A DNA stretch of 64,000 bases from Octopus vulgaris (lineage: Eukaryota), in NCBI GenBank assembly GCA_951406725.2, contig OX597827.1, forward strand, positions 53,816,001-53,880,000. Direction: 5' to 3'. The number at the start of each line of letters is the position of its first letter. The stretch's first letter is position 1. The notes under the pieces were generated by a model. The model was not told where the DNA came from and ran no database searches. It saw only the letters and a program-made list of their open reading frames with translations. A program made the position numbers and the translations under genes. Shown here piece after piece: positions 1-15,224 of this stretch.

Positions 1-5
1 ATATA

Positions 6-36
<31 letters not shown>

Positions 37-554
37 GTATATATATAGATGTATACATATATATATGTATGTATATATAGATGTATACGTATATATATGT
101 ATGTATATATAAATGTATACGTGTATATATAGATGTATACGTATATATATATATATGTATATATAGATGTATACATATATATATGTATATATATAGATGT
201 ATAAATATATATATATGTATAAATATATGTATGTATATATATATATGTATATATATATATATGTATGTATATATATGTATATGTATGTATATATATATGT
301 ATGTATATATATATGTATGTATATATATGTATATGTATGTATATATATGTATATGTATGTATATATATATGTATGTATATACATACATATATGTATGTAC
401 ATATATGTATATGCATGTATGTATATATATATATATATATATATGTATATACATACATATATGTATGTACATATGTATATGTATGTATATATATATGTAT
501 GTATATATATATGTATGTATATATATATATGTATGTATATATATATATGTATGT

Positions 555-588
<34 letters not shown>

Positions 589-653
589 GTATATATATGT
601 ATGTATGTATATATATATATGTATGTATGTATGTATATATATGTATGTGTATG

Positions 654-720
<67 letters not shown>

Positions 721-1105
721 GTATGTATATATGTATGTATGTATATATGTATGTATGTATATATGTATGTATGTATATATGTATGTATGTATGTATATGT
801 ATGTATGTATGTATATATATGTATGTATGTATATATATGTATGTATGTATATATATGTATGTATGTATATATATGTATGTATGTGTATGTATGTATGTAT
901 ATGTATGTATGTATATGTATGTATGTATATATATGTATGTATGTATATGTATGTATGTATGTATATGTATGTATGTATGTATATGTATGTATGTATGTAT
1001 ATGTATGTATGTATGTATATGTATGTATGTATGTATATGTATGTATGTATATATATGTATGTATGTATATATATGTTTGTATGTATGTATATATATGTAT
1101 GTATG

Positions 1106-1140
<35 letters not shown>

Positions 1141-1257
1141 GTGTGTGTATATATATATATGTGTGTATATATATATATGTGTGTATATATATATGTGTGT
1201 ATATATATATATGTGTGTATATATATATATGTGTGTATATATATATGTGTGTGTGTG

Positions 1258-1288
<31 letters not shown>

Positions 1289-1763
1289 GTGTGTGTATAT
1301 ATATATATGTGTGTGTATATATATATATATATGTGTGTATATATATATATATGTATGTGTATATATATATGTATGTGTATATATATATATGTATGTGTAT
1401 ATATATATATATGTATGTGTATATATATATATATGTGTGTATATGTATGTGTATATATATGTGTGTATATATGTATGTGTATATATATATGTATGTGTAT
1501 ATATATATATGTATATATATGAATATGTATGTATATACACAAATGTATGTATATATAAATGTGTACTTATATATATATATATACTTATATATATATGTAT
1601 GTGTATATATATATATATTATGTAAAACATACATATATATACATCATCATCAATACATTAAACGTTGATGATGTATATATATATATTATATAAAACATAC
1701 ATATATATACATCATCATCAATACATTAAACGTTGATGATGTATATATATATGTATGTGTATA

Positions 1764-1800
<37 letters not shown>
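1..1800. repeat. (TA)n/(TATG)n/(TG)n compound microsatellite
   Basis: Directly visible alternating TA with interspersed TG/TATG units. Confidence 0.97.
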
Positions 1801-1802
<2 letters not shown>

Positions 1803-1903
1803 CCAATTCCTATTTTTGAAAACCAGTGGATGTATTCTGCTGAATTTAGGTAAATAACCCTTGGAACAGGCGGTCAGTGATGACACCTGCCTAGTTTGGC
1901 TGC

Positions 1904-1946
1904 TCTACATTGATGAGGAGCAAATACCCTGAAACTAGTCTGTAGA
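1904..1946 (+). ncRNA. Degenerate minimal type I hammerhead ribozyme motif (Penelope-like element type)
   Basis: Stem I TCTACA(1904-1909)/TGTAGA(1941-1946) closes TTGATGA, an imperfect stem II (GGAG..CCCT) and GAAAC-TA-GTC. The palindromic ACTAGT stem III is typical of PLE minimal hammerheads. Core C3 is replaced by T. Confidence 0.55.
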
Positions 1947-2100
1947 TGCGAGGACAGCAAAGCGAAGCAGCTGACTTCCCCTGTTTGAAGGTTATAATGG
2001 ACACAGTTTCGTGAGTCACATAGGTAGCTAGAGGCGATGGCCCTTTGGAGCTAATGAACAGCAGGTTTCGTCTTATTTTGCTGAACTGCCATGTCAGCTT

Positions 2101-2279
2101 CATCATCATCATCATTTAGCGTCCGCTTTACATGCTAGCATGGGTTGGACGGTTCAACTGGGGACTGGGAAGCCAGAAGGCTGCACCAGGCCCAGTCTGA
2201 TCTGGCAATGTTTCTACGGCTGGATGCCCTTCCTAACGCCTACCACTCCGGGAGTGTAGTGGGTGCTTTTTAAGTGCCA
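2101..2279 (-). mobile_element. SINE 3' portion, family A, (TGA)n tail
   Basis: Reverse complement matches 4550-4722 and 41741-41884 (GGCGTTAGGAAGGGCATCCAGCCGTAGAAAC...AACCCATGCTAGCATG...CTAAA(TGA)n). Confidence 0.85.
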
Positions 2280-2280
2280 T

Positions 2281-2504
2281 TTTATCTATCTATATATATA
2301 TATAAATATATATATATGTGAATGTATATTTATATATGTGAATATTTATGTATGTATAGGTATATATATGTATTTATATCTATGTATATGTATATATGTA
2401 TGTATTTGTATATATATGTATATATGTGTGTATATATATATGTATATATGTGTGTATATATATATATGTATATATGTGTGTATATATATATATATGTATA
2501 TATG

Positions 2505-2537
<33 letters not shown>

Positions 2538-2588
2538 GTATATATATGTATATGTGTGTATATATATATGTATATATGTGTATATATA

Positions 2589-2619
<31 letters not shown>

Positions 2620-3266
2620 GTATCTATGTGTGTATATATATATATATGTATATATGTGTGTATATATATATATATATGTATATATGTGTGTATATATATA
2701 TATATATGTATATATGTGTGTATATATATGTATATGTGTGTATATATATATATATATGTATATATGTGTGTATATATATGTATATGTGTGTATATATATA
2801 TATATGTATATATGTGTGTATATATATATATATGTGTGTATATATATATGTATATGTGTGTATATATATATGTATATGTGTGTATATATATGTATATGTG
2901 TGTATATATATATATATATGTGTGTGTATATATATATATATATGTATATGTGTGTATATATATATGTATATGTGTGTATATATATGTATATATGTGTGTA
3001 TATATATGTATATGTGTGTGTATATATATATATGTGTGTATATATATATATATATGTACATATATGTATGTACATATATGTATGTATATATATGTGTGTA
3101 TATATATATGTATGTACATATATGTATGTATATATATGTGTGTATATATATATGTATGTACATATATGTATGTATATATATGTGTGTATATATATATATA
3201 TGTACATATATGTATGTTTATATATATATGTGTGTATATATATATATATGTACATATATGTATGTT

Positions 3267-3321
<55 letters not shown>

Positions 3322-3616
3322 CTATATATGTACATATATGTATGTATATATATATATATATGTATGTATATATATATATGCATGTATATATATATGTCTA
3401 TATATGCATGTATATATATGTCTGTATATATGTATGGATATATATATATGTCTATATATGTATGGATATATATATATGTCTGTATATATGTATGGATATA
3501 TATATATGTCTGTATATATGTATGGATATATATATATGTATATATATGTATGGATATATATATATGTATGTATGTATATGTATGTATGTATATATATATG
3601 TATATATATATATATT
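2281..3616. repeat. (TA)n/(TATG/TGTG)n microsatellite with TATGGA variant units
   Basis: Directly visible. Confidence 0.95.
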
Positions 3617-3618
3617 TG

Positions 3619-3731
3619 TGTGGCCTGCTCGCTTAGCCAGCGGGGTGGCGTCATTCGAAGGCTAAAACAATGCGAACGCATTGTGACCAGTGATGTGTAG
3701 CAACATCTGATGGTCTGGTCGGTCACGTGAT
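3619..3731 (+). mobile_element. SINE 3' fragment, family B
   Basis: Matches the 3' end of the tRNA-headed element at 36822-37104 (TGGCCTGCTCGCTTAGCCAGCGGGGTGGC...CTGGTCGGTCACG). Confidence 0.85.
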
Positions 3732-3876
3732 ATATATATATATATGTGTATATATATATGTAAGTATATATATATATGTATGTTTATATGTATGTATGTT
3801 TATATGTATATGTATATATGTATGTATTTGTATATATATGTATATATGTGTGTATATATATATGTATATATGTGTG

Positions 3877-3908
<32 letters not shown>

Positions 3909-4024
3909 TATATATATATATGTGTATATATATATATATGTATGTATATATATGTGTATATATATATATGTATGTATATATGTATGTATATATATATATG
4001 TATGTATATATATATATATGTATG

Positions 4025-4055
<31 letters not shown>

Positions 4056-4109
4056 ATATATATATATGTATGTATATATATATATATGTATTATATATAT
4101 ATATGTATG

Positions 4110-4142
<33 letters not shown>

Positions 4143-4365
4143 GTATGTATATATATATATATATATGTATGTATATATATATGTATATATGTATCTATAT
4201 ATGTATATATGTATCTATATATGTATATATGTATATATATGTATATATGTATGTATATATATGTATATATATATGTATATATATATGTATATATGTATAT
4301 ATATGTATATATGTATGTATATATATGTATATATATGTATATATATATGTATATATGTGTATGTA

Positions 4366-4396
<31 letters not shown>

Positions 4397-4399
4397 GTG

Positions 4400-4443
<44 letters not shown>
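3732..4443. repeat. (TA)n/(TATG)n microsatellite
   Basis: Directly visible. Confidence 0.95.
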
Positions 4444-4447
<4 letters not shown>

Positions 4448-4725
4448 GTGTCCATTGCCAGCCTCGCCTGGCCCTCGTGCCGGTGGCACATAAAAAGCAC
4501 CATCCGTTCGTGGCCGTTTGCCAGCTCTGTCTGGCACCAGTGCGGGTGGCACGTAAAAAGCACCCACTACACTCACGGAGTGGTTGGCGTTAGGAAGGGC
4601 ATCCAGCCGTAGAAACACTGCCAGATTTGACTGGGCCTGATGAAGCCTTCTGGCTTCACAGACCCCAGTAGAACCGTCCAACCCATGCTAACATGGAAAA
4701 CGGATGCTAAACGATGATGATGATG
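4444..4725 (+). mobile_element. SINE 3' portion, family A, with internal ~60-bp tandem duplication and (TGA)n tail
   Basis: Two GCCAGC...GGTGGCAC(A/G)TAAAAAGCACC units precede the family A tail shared with 2101-2279 and 41741-41884. Confidence 0.85.
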
Positions 4726-4736
4726 TATGATATATG

Positions 4737-4771
<35 letters not shown>

Positions 4772-4880
4772 GTATGTATATATATATGTATATATATATG
4801 TATGTATATATATATGTATGTATATATATATGTATGTATATATATATGTATGTATATATATATGTATGTATATATATATG

Positions 4881-4942
<62 letters not shown>

Positions 4943-5070
4943 TGTATGTATATATATGTATATATATGTATGTATATATATATGTATATATATATGTATA
5001 TATATATATATGTATATATATATATGTATATATATATATGTATATATATATATGTATGTATATATATATG

Positions 5071-5108
<38 letters not shown>

Positions 5109-5122
5109 TATGTATGTATATG

Positions 5123-5205
<83 letters not shown>

Positions 5206-5463
5206 GTATGTATATATATATATGTATATATGTATGTATATATATATGTATGTATATATATATGTATATGTATATATATGTATGTATATATATATATGTA
5301 TGTATATATGTATGTATATATATGTATATATATATATATATGTATATATATATGTATGTATATATATATGTATATATATATATATGTATATATATATATG
5401 TATGTATATATATATGTGTATATGTATGTGTATATATATATATGTATGTATATATATGTATAT

Positions 5464-5494
<31 letters not shown>

Positions 5495-5959
5495 TGTATA
5501 TATATATATGTATATGTATATATATATATGTATATGTATATATATATATGTATATGTATATATATATGTATATATATATATGTATATATATATATGTATG
5601 TATATATATATATGTATGTATATATTTATATGTATGTATATATATATGTATGTATATATGTATATATATATATATATGTATGTATATATATATGTATGTA
5701 TATATATGTATATGTATATATATATATATGTATATATGTATGTATATATATATATGTATGTATATATGTATGTATATATATATATGTATGTATATATGTA
5801 TATATATGTATGTATATATATATGTATGTATATATATATGTATATATATATATATGTATATGTATATATATGTATATATATATGTATGTATATATATATA
5901 TATATATATGTTGTATATGTATATGTGTGTGTGTGTGTGTATGTATATGTATATATATG

Positions 5960-5992
<33 letters not shown>

Positions 5993-6208
5993 GTATATAT
6001 ATATATGTATATGTATATATATGTATATATATATGTATGTGTGTATATATGTATATGTATATATATATATATGTATATATATGTATATATGTATATGTAT
6101 ATATATATGTATATATATATGTATATGTATATATATGATATATATATATATATATGTATATATATGTATATATGTATATGTATATATATGTATATATATA
6201 TGTATATA

Positions 6209-6263
<55 letters not shown>

Positions 6264-6264
6264 G

Positions 6265-6313
<49 letters not shown>

Positions 6314-6358
6314 GTATATATATATATGTATATATGTATATATATATGTGTATATATA

Positions 6359-6417
<59 letters not shown>

Positions 6418-6430
6418 GTATATATATATG

Positions 6431-6465
<35 letters not shown>

Positions 6466-6632
6466 GTATGTATATGTATATATATGTATATATATATGTA
6501 TATATATATATATGTATATATATGTATATATATATATATATATATGTATGTATATATATGTATATATATATGTATATATATGTATATATATATGTATATA
6601 TATATGTATATATATATGTATATATATGTATA

Positions 6633-6677
<45 letters not shown>

Positions 6678-7933
6678 GTGTATATATGTATATATATATA
6701 TGTATATATGTATGTATATATATATATGTATATATATGTATATATGTATATATATATGTATATATGTATATGTATATATATGTATATATATATATATATG
6801 TATATGTATATATATATGTATATGTATATATATATATGTATATATATGTATATATATATGTATATATATGTATATATATATGTATATGTATATGTATATA
6901 TATATATGTATATGTATATATATGTATATGTATATATATATGTATATATATATATATGTATATATATGTATATATATATATGTATATGTATATATATGTA
7001 TATGTATATATATATATGTATATATATATGTATATATATATGTATATGTATGTATATGTATATATATATATGTATATATATATGTATATGTATATATATG
7101 TATATATATATGTATATATATATATGTATATGTATGTATATGTATATATATGTATATATATATATGTATATGTATATATATGTATATATAGATATATATG
7201 TATATATATATATGTATATATGTATATATATATATGTATATGTATATATGTATATATATATGTATATGTATATATGTATATATATGTATATATATATGTA
7301 TATATATATGTATGTATATGTATATATATGTATATATGTATATATATGTATATGTATATATATGTATATGTATATATATGTATATGTATATATATATATA
7401 TGTATATGTATATATATGTATATGTATATATATGTATATATGTATATGTATATATATGTATATATATATATGTATATGTATGTATATGTATATATATATG
7501 TATATATGTATATGTATATATGTATATATATATGTATATATATGTATATGTATATATATGTATATATATATGTATATATATGTATATGTATATATATGTA
7601 TATGTATATATATGTATATGTGTGTGTGTGTGTGTGTGTATATATGTATATATGTATATATATATATGTATATATATGTATATATATATATGTATATATA
7701 TGTATATATATATGTATATATATATGTATATATATGTATATATATATGTATATATATGTATATATATGTATATATATGTATATGTATATATATGTATATA
7801 TATATATGTATATATATGTATATATATGTATGTATATATATGTATATATATATATATGTATATATATATGTATGTATATATATGTATATATATATATGTA
7901 TATATATGTATATATATATGTATATATATATGT

Positions 7934-7964
<31 letters not shown>

Positions 7965-7965
7965 T

Positions 7966-7996
<31 letters not shown>

Positions 7997-8362
7997 TATA
8001 TATATATATGTATGTATATATATATGTATATATATATGTATGTATATATATGTATATATATGTATATATATATGTATATATATGTATATATATATGTATG
8101 TATATATATGTATATATGTATATATATATGTATATATGTATATATATATATGTATGTATATGTATGTGTGTGTGTGTGTGTATGTATATATATGTATATA
8201 TATATGTATGTGTATATATATGTATATATATATATGTATGTATATATATATATATGTATGTATATATGTATGTATATATGTATGTATATATATATGTATG
8301 TATATATATATGTATATATATATATGTATGTATATATATATGTATGTATATATATATGTATG

Positions 8363-8399
<37 letters not shown>

Positions 8400-8674
8400 G
8401 TATGTATATATATATATATATGTATGTATATATGTATGTGTGTGTGTGTGTATATATATATATATGTATGTATATATATATGTATATATATATGTATGTG
8501 TGTATATATGTGTGTGTATGTATATATATGTATATATATATGTATATATATATGTATATATATATATGTATATATGTATGTATATATGTATGTATATATA
8601 TATGTATATATATATGTATGTATATATATATGTATATATATATGTATATATATATATGTATATATATATGTATA

Positions 8675-8712
<38 letters not shown>

Positions 8713-8800
8713 TACATATATATGTATATATATGTATATATATATGTATATATATGTATATATATATGTATATATATGTATATATATATATGTATATATG

Positions 8801-8831
<31 letters not shown>

Positions 8832-8936
8832 GTATATATATATCTATATATGTATGTATATATATATATATATGTATGTATATATATATATCTATATATA
8901 TGTATGTATATATATATATCTATATATGTATATATG

Positions 8937-8970
<34 letters not shown>

Positions 8971-8989
8971 ATATATATATATGTATGTA

Positions 8990-9063
<74 letters not shown>

Positions 9064-9081
9064 TATATATATGTATATATA

Positions 9082-9117
<36 letters not shown>

Positions 9118-9129
9118 TATATGTATGTA

Positions 9130-9162
<33 letters not shown>

Positions 9163-9286
9163 ATATGTATGTATGTATATATGTATGTATGTATATATGT
9201 ATGTATGTATATATGTATGTATATATATATGTATGTATGTATATATGTATGTATATGTATATATATATATATGTATATGTATATAT

Positions 9287-9318
<32 letters not shown>

Positions 9319-9514
9319 GTATGTATATATGTATATATATATATATATAATATATATGTATGTATATATATATATCTATATATGTATGTATATATGTATA
9401 TATATATATCTATATATGTATGTATATATGTATATATATATATCTATATATGTATGTATATATGTATATATATATATATATATGTATGTATATATGTATA
9501 TATATATATATATG

Positions 9515-9559
<45 letters not shown>

Positions 9560-9720
9560 GTATATATATATGTATATATGTATGTATATATATGTATATA
9601 TATATATGTATATATATATATGTATATATATATGTATATATATATATATATGTATATATATATGTATATATATGTATGTATGTATATATATATGTATATA
9701 TATATATATATATGTATATA
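4726..9720. repeat. ~5-kb (TA)n/(TATG)n microsatellite
   Basis: Directly visible. Confidence 0.97.
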
Positions 9721-9741
9721 TAAAATAAATATAAAGAAATT

Positions 9742-9881
9742 GGTCACTATATTGATCACTCTAGCACCAGATTAATCAAAAGGTTTCAACCACTAAAGAA
9801 ATAGCATTTCCATAGAAAGCCAATTATTTTTAGTGGTTGAAACCTTTTGGGGTGCTGGTGCCAGTGGTGGTATAAGTGACC
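9742..9881. repeat. Small imperfect palindrome (MITE-like)
   Basis: Perfect 21-bp inverted repeat CAAAAGGTTTCAACCACTAAA (9777-9797 / 9829-9849), plus outer GGTCACT/AGTGACC and GCACCAG/CTGGTGC matches. Confidence 0.7.
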
Positions 9882-10338
9882 CCACTCTCTCTCTTCTTTT
9901 GTGAAAATATTATAATATGTTATAAAATATTATAATAATCGGGTTTACTACCGTGGCACTGGGCCACTTGGTGTGGAATAAATATACTATTAAATTAGTA
10001 TCTAATTCTCTCACCCTTATTAATTAATTATATATATATATATGTATGTATATATATATGTATATATATATATATGTATATATGTATGTATATATATATG
10101 TATGTATATATGTATGTATATATATATGTATGTATATATGTATGTATATATGTATGTATGTATATATATATATGTATGTATATATATATATATATATATA
10201 TATAGATGTATATATATATGTATGTATATATATATATGTATATATATATATATGTATATATATATGTATATATATATATATATGTATATGTATATATATA
10301 TGATATATATGTATATATATGTATATATATATATATGA

Positions 10339-10394
<56 letters not shown>

Positions 10395-10410
10395 TGATAT
10401 ATATATATAT

Positions 10411-11923
10411 ATGATTGATTTTGATTGATTGATTCAGTTTCAGCATGAGCTGTGGCCATGCTGGGGCACCGCCATTTGGTGTTGCTACTTGGTTTCACTT
10501 CATGGAGGCTTTCTAGCAACTGCTATTTGGTGCATGAGAGAGTTCGATGCAGCTGCCCTCATCTGCCCCTCCTGCCGTGAAGTTGGTTCATCTGGGACAC
10601 CTGACAGGAAGAGATCCAGCTTCATTTTAAAGACATCTGTATCCACCCCATGCAGGTCTCTCAGGTTCTTCGGGAGGATATTGAAGAGCTGTGGGCCTCG
10701 GAAGCCCAGGCTATCACAGAATCTTGTCCTACATCTTGATGGCAGGTTTGGAGTCCTAGGCACCACGCAGTGGCGCCCAGTTCTGGCATTTGTGTAACTC
10801 TCGATGCCAAAGTTCAGGACACTTCCCTCCAGGATCTTCCAGATGTATATTATGGCATATCTTTCCCGCCTACGCTCCAGGGAATATAATTTTAATCTCT
10901 TGAGTCTTTCCCAGTAGCTTACATTCTGCATAGAGGCTATCTTCTTTGTAGCTTCGTTGGATCGCCTCAAGTTCTGTGATCAACTTGACACTGGATGGTG
11001 ACCATAGCTGAGAGCAATAGTCAAAGTGGCTTAGGACAAGTGTCTTCCAGAGGACCATCATGGTTTCTTGTTCTCTTGTTCTAAAGGTTCTAAGAATCCA
11101 TCCAGCCAGCCGTCTACATTTCATTGTCAGTTTAGCAACATGTACATGAAAGGTCGCGTCATCACTCATGTGAATACCCAGGTCACGCACTGATTGTGCC
11201 TCTGGGATTGCAATCCCTCCGGGTCCAGTGTATTCATTGGGTATTGCATTCAGTTTTGCATGCTGATAGTATAAAGCTTGAAACTTTCAGCATTGAACTG
11301 CATGCTATTCTTTTCAGCCCACTTGTATATTTCGTCCAGCTCACATTGCAGGTGTTTAGTGTCCTCAGGGTTCTGTATTGCCTGTGAAACTTTTGTATCA
11401 TCTGCATAACTTGTGATCGTGGCTCTCTGCGTGGCTGAGGGCATGTCTGAGAGGGCCATTATGAACAGTAGTGGTCCCAAAACAGTGCCCTGTGGAACAC
11501 CGCTCACTATTTGCGTGTTAATGGAAGTGGCCCCATTGGCTACTACCACCTGACTTCTATTCTTCAGAAAGTCATGAAGCCATTCTCCTAGTTTTCCAAC
11601 TATGCCAAGATCACGCAGTTTGTGACATATCATTCCATGATCGACTTTATCAAAGGCCTTTGCAAAGTCGAGATATATCACTTCCACATTTGAGTGGTTG
11701 AGCAGTTGTTTCAGCACCCAGTCATAGTGCTGTAGGAGCTGAGTTAAGCAGCTTCTTCCTGGTCGGAAACCATGTTGGGTGTCGCAGCAAGTCATTTTCT
11801 TCAAGGAAGGTGATCAGCTTCCTTCTGACTATTCGTTCCATGACCTTGCTGATGTGTGAGGTCAGAGAGATAGGTCTGTAGTTCTTGGCTTCCGCTCTGC
11901 TACCTCCTTTATGAATAGGGCAT
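10411..11923 (-). mobile_element. CR1-clade non-LTR retrotransposon, 5'-truncated (RT, C-terminus, 3'UTR, (AATC)n tail)
   Basis: Minus-strand translations give [57 protein letters not shown] and LYSLERRRERY. A few small frameshifts. Confidence 0.95.
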
Positions 11924-11992
11924 GTATATATATATATGTATATATATATATGTATATATATATGTATATATATATATGTATATATATATGCA

Positions 11993-12038
<46 letters not shown>

Positions 12039-12129
12039 GTATATATATGTATGTATATATATGTACATATGTATGTATATATGTATGTATATATATATGT
12101 ATATATATATATGTATGTATATATATATG

Positions 12130-12169
<40 letters not shown>

Positions 12170-12177
12170 TGTATATA

Positions 12178-12234
<57 letters not shown>

Positions 12235-12279
12235 ATATATATATATATGTGTATATATATGTGTATATATATATATATA

Positions 12280-12330
<51 letters not shown>

Positions 12331-12533
12331 ATATATATGTATATATATATGTATGTATATATATATGTATATATATATGTATGTATATATATATGTATAT
12401 ATATATGTATATATATATATATGTATATATATGTATGTATATATATATGTATGTATATATATATGTATGTATATATATATGTATGTATATATATATGTAT
12501 GTATATATATATATATGTATATATATATGTATG

Positions 12534-12566
<33 letters not shown>

Positions 12567-12595
12567 GTATATATATATGTATGTATATATGTATG

Positions 12596-12631
<36 letters not shown>

Positions 12632-13427
12632 TGTATGTATGTATGTATGTATGTATGTATGTATATATGTATGTATGTATATATATGTATGTATGTATAT
12701 ATATATGTATGTATATATGTATGTATGTATATATGTATGTATGTATATATGTATGTATGTATGTATGTATATGTATATATGTATGTATATGTATATATGT
12801 ATGTATATATATATGTATGTATATATATATGTATGTATGTATATATATATGTATGTATATATATATGTATGTATGTATATATGTATGTATGTATATATAT
12901 ATGTATATGTATGTATATATGTATGTATGTATATATGTATGTATGTATATATGTATGTATGTATGTATATGTATGTATGTATGTATATATATGTATGTAT
13001 GTATGTATATATGTATGTATGTATATATGTATGTATGTATATATGTATGTATGTATATATGTATGTATATATATATGTATGTATATGTATATATATGTAT
13101 GTATATGTATATATATATGTATGTATATGTATATATATATGTATGTATATGTATATATATATGTATGTATATGTATATATATATGTATGTATATGTATAT
13201 ATATATGTATGTATATGTATATATATATATGTATATGTATATATATATGTATGTATATGTATATATATATGTATGTATATTTATATATATATGTATGTAT
13301 ATATGTATGTATATGTATGTATATATATATGTATGTATATATATATATGTATGTATATATATATATGTATGTATATATGTATGTATGTATATATGTATGT
13401 ATGTATGTATGTATATATGTATGTATG

Positions 13428-13488
<61 letters not shown>

Positions 13489-13674
13489 GTATGTATATAT
13501 ATGTATGTATATGTATGTATATATGTATGTAAATATATGTATGTATATATATGTGTGTATATATGTATATATATATATGTATGTATATGTATATATATAT
13601 GTATATATATGTATGTATATATATATATATGTATATATATATCTTATATATATGTATATATATGTATGTATATA

Positions 13675-13724
<50 letters not shown>

Positions 13725-14205
13725 CTATATATATATGTATATATATATATATACAACATATATATCGATATATATACATATAAAACAATATATACTACAT
13801 ATACATAATATATATATACACATATATATATATACTATATATATCATACTCAATCATATACTTACATATATCTACAACCATACATAGCAATATCTCTCAA
13901 TATACATCAGATATATATATACATATATATATATATATAGCATATATATATATGACATACATATATCAAATATATGTACTATATATATAAATATCATACA
14001 TATATTGTACATATACAGTACACTTTACATATACATACATATATATATCACATCCATATATATATACTATACATCCTTTTCATATACATACTTATATATA
14101 CATATACATACATGTATATATACATATACATACATATATATATACATATACATACATATATATATACTATACATAATGTATATACTACATAATATATCAA
14201 TATAT
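11924..14205. repeat. (TATG)n microsatellite switching to noisy (TACA)n near 13.7 kb
   Basis: Directly visible; polarity switches near 13690. Confidence 0.9.
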
Positions 14206-15110
14206 GGCGTGAAGGCGTGCGTGCGTGTGTGCGTGCGTGCGTACTGTGTGTCTAACGTGCGTGCATGCACTACGTGCGTATGCGTACGACGTGTGTACGT
14301 ACGTACGTAGCGTACGTATGCGTGTGTGTGTGCGTACGTACGTGTGTGCGTGCGTGCGTGTGTGTGTGCGTGCATGTGTGTGTGCGTGCGTGCGTGTGTG
14401 TGTGCGTGCTCTGTGTGTGCGTACGTATGCTGTGCGTACGTGTGCGTGTGCGTGCATGCGTACGTACTGTGCGTACGTACGTTGTGCGTGCGTGCGTGTG
14501 ATGCGTACGTACGTGTGTGCGTGCGTATGTGTCCGTACGTACGTACTGTGTGTGTGCGTGCATTCGTGCGTACGTACAGTGATCGTGTGTGACGTACTGT
14601 GTACGTACGTACGTTGTGTGCGTGCGTGTGTGCGCGTGCGTGTGTGTGTGTGCGTGTGTGTGTGCGTGCGTGTGTGTGTGCGTGCGTGGTGTGTGTGCTA
14701 TGTGTGTGTGCGTGCGTATGTGTGTGCGTGCGTGTGTGTGTGCGTGCGTACGTATATATACGTGTGTGTATGCGTACGTTATTATGAAGTATGTGTGTGC
14801 GTGCGTTTGTGCGTGTGTGTGTGCGTGCTGTGTGTGTGCGTGTGTGTGTGCTCTGTGTGTGTGCCCAGTGTGTGTGTACTGTGTGTGGCGTGTGTGTGGA
14901 GGCGTGTGTATCGTGTGTATGCATTATGTGTGTGTGTCTGCGTGCGTGTGTGTGTGTGTGTATGTGTGTGTGCGTACTGTGATGGTTGTGTGTACTCTCA
15001 GATACGTGTGCACATGTGTGTTGTGTGTGTGTGTGTGTGTTCCTACGTGTGTGTGTGTGCGACGACGTATGTGTGTGTGTGCAGGCTATGTGTGTGCGTA
15101 CGTATGTGTA
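14206..15110. repeat. CpG-rich (TG/TGCG/TACG)n alternating purine-pyrimidine repeat
   Basis: Directly visible GTGTGCGTGCGTACGTACG-type units. Confidence 0.85.
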
Positions 15111-15224
15111 TCCCCGAGGATTCTACATAAAATACAAAAAGAGTCTTAGCAGAGAACAAAATCTCTTTACAGATATATATATACATGGCATATATATATA
15201 CATATATATATATACAATATATAT

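Noticed and set aside
10429-10797. ORFs antisense to the LINE C-terminus (also 16358-16729 and 40723-40986)
   Set aside because: Shadow frames of the RT coding strand; their recurrence is explained by the repeat copies.
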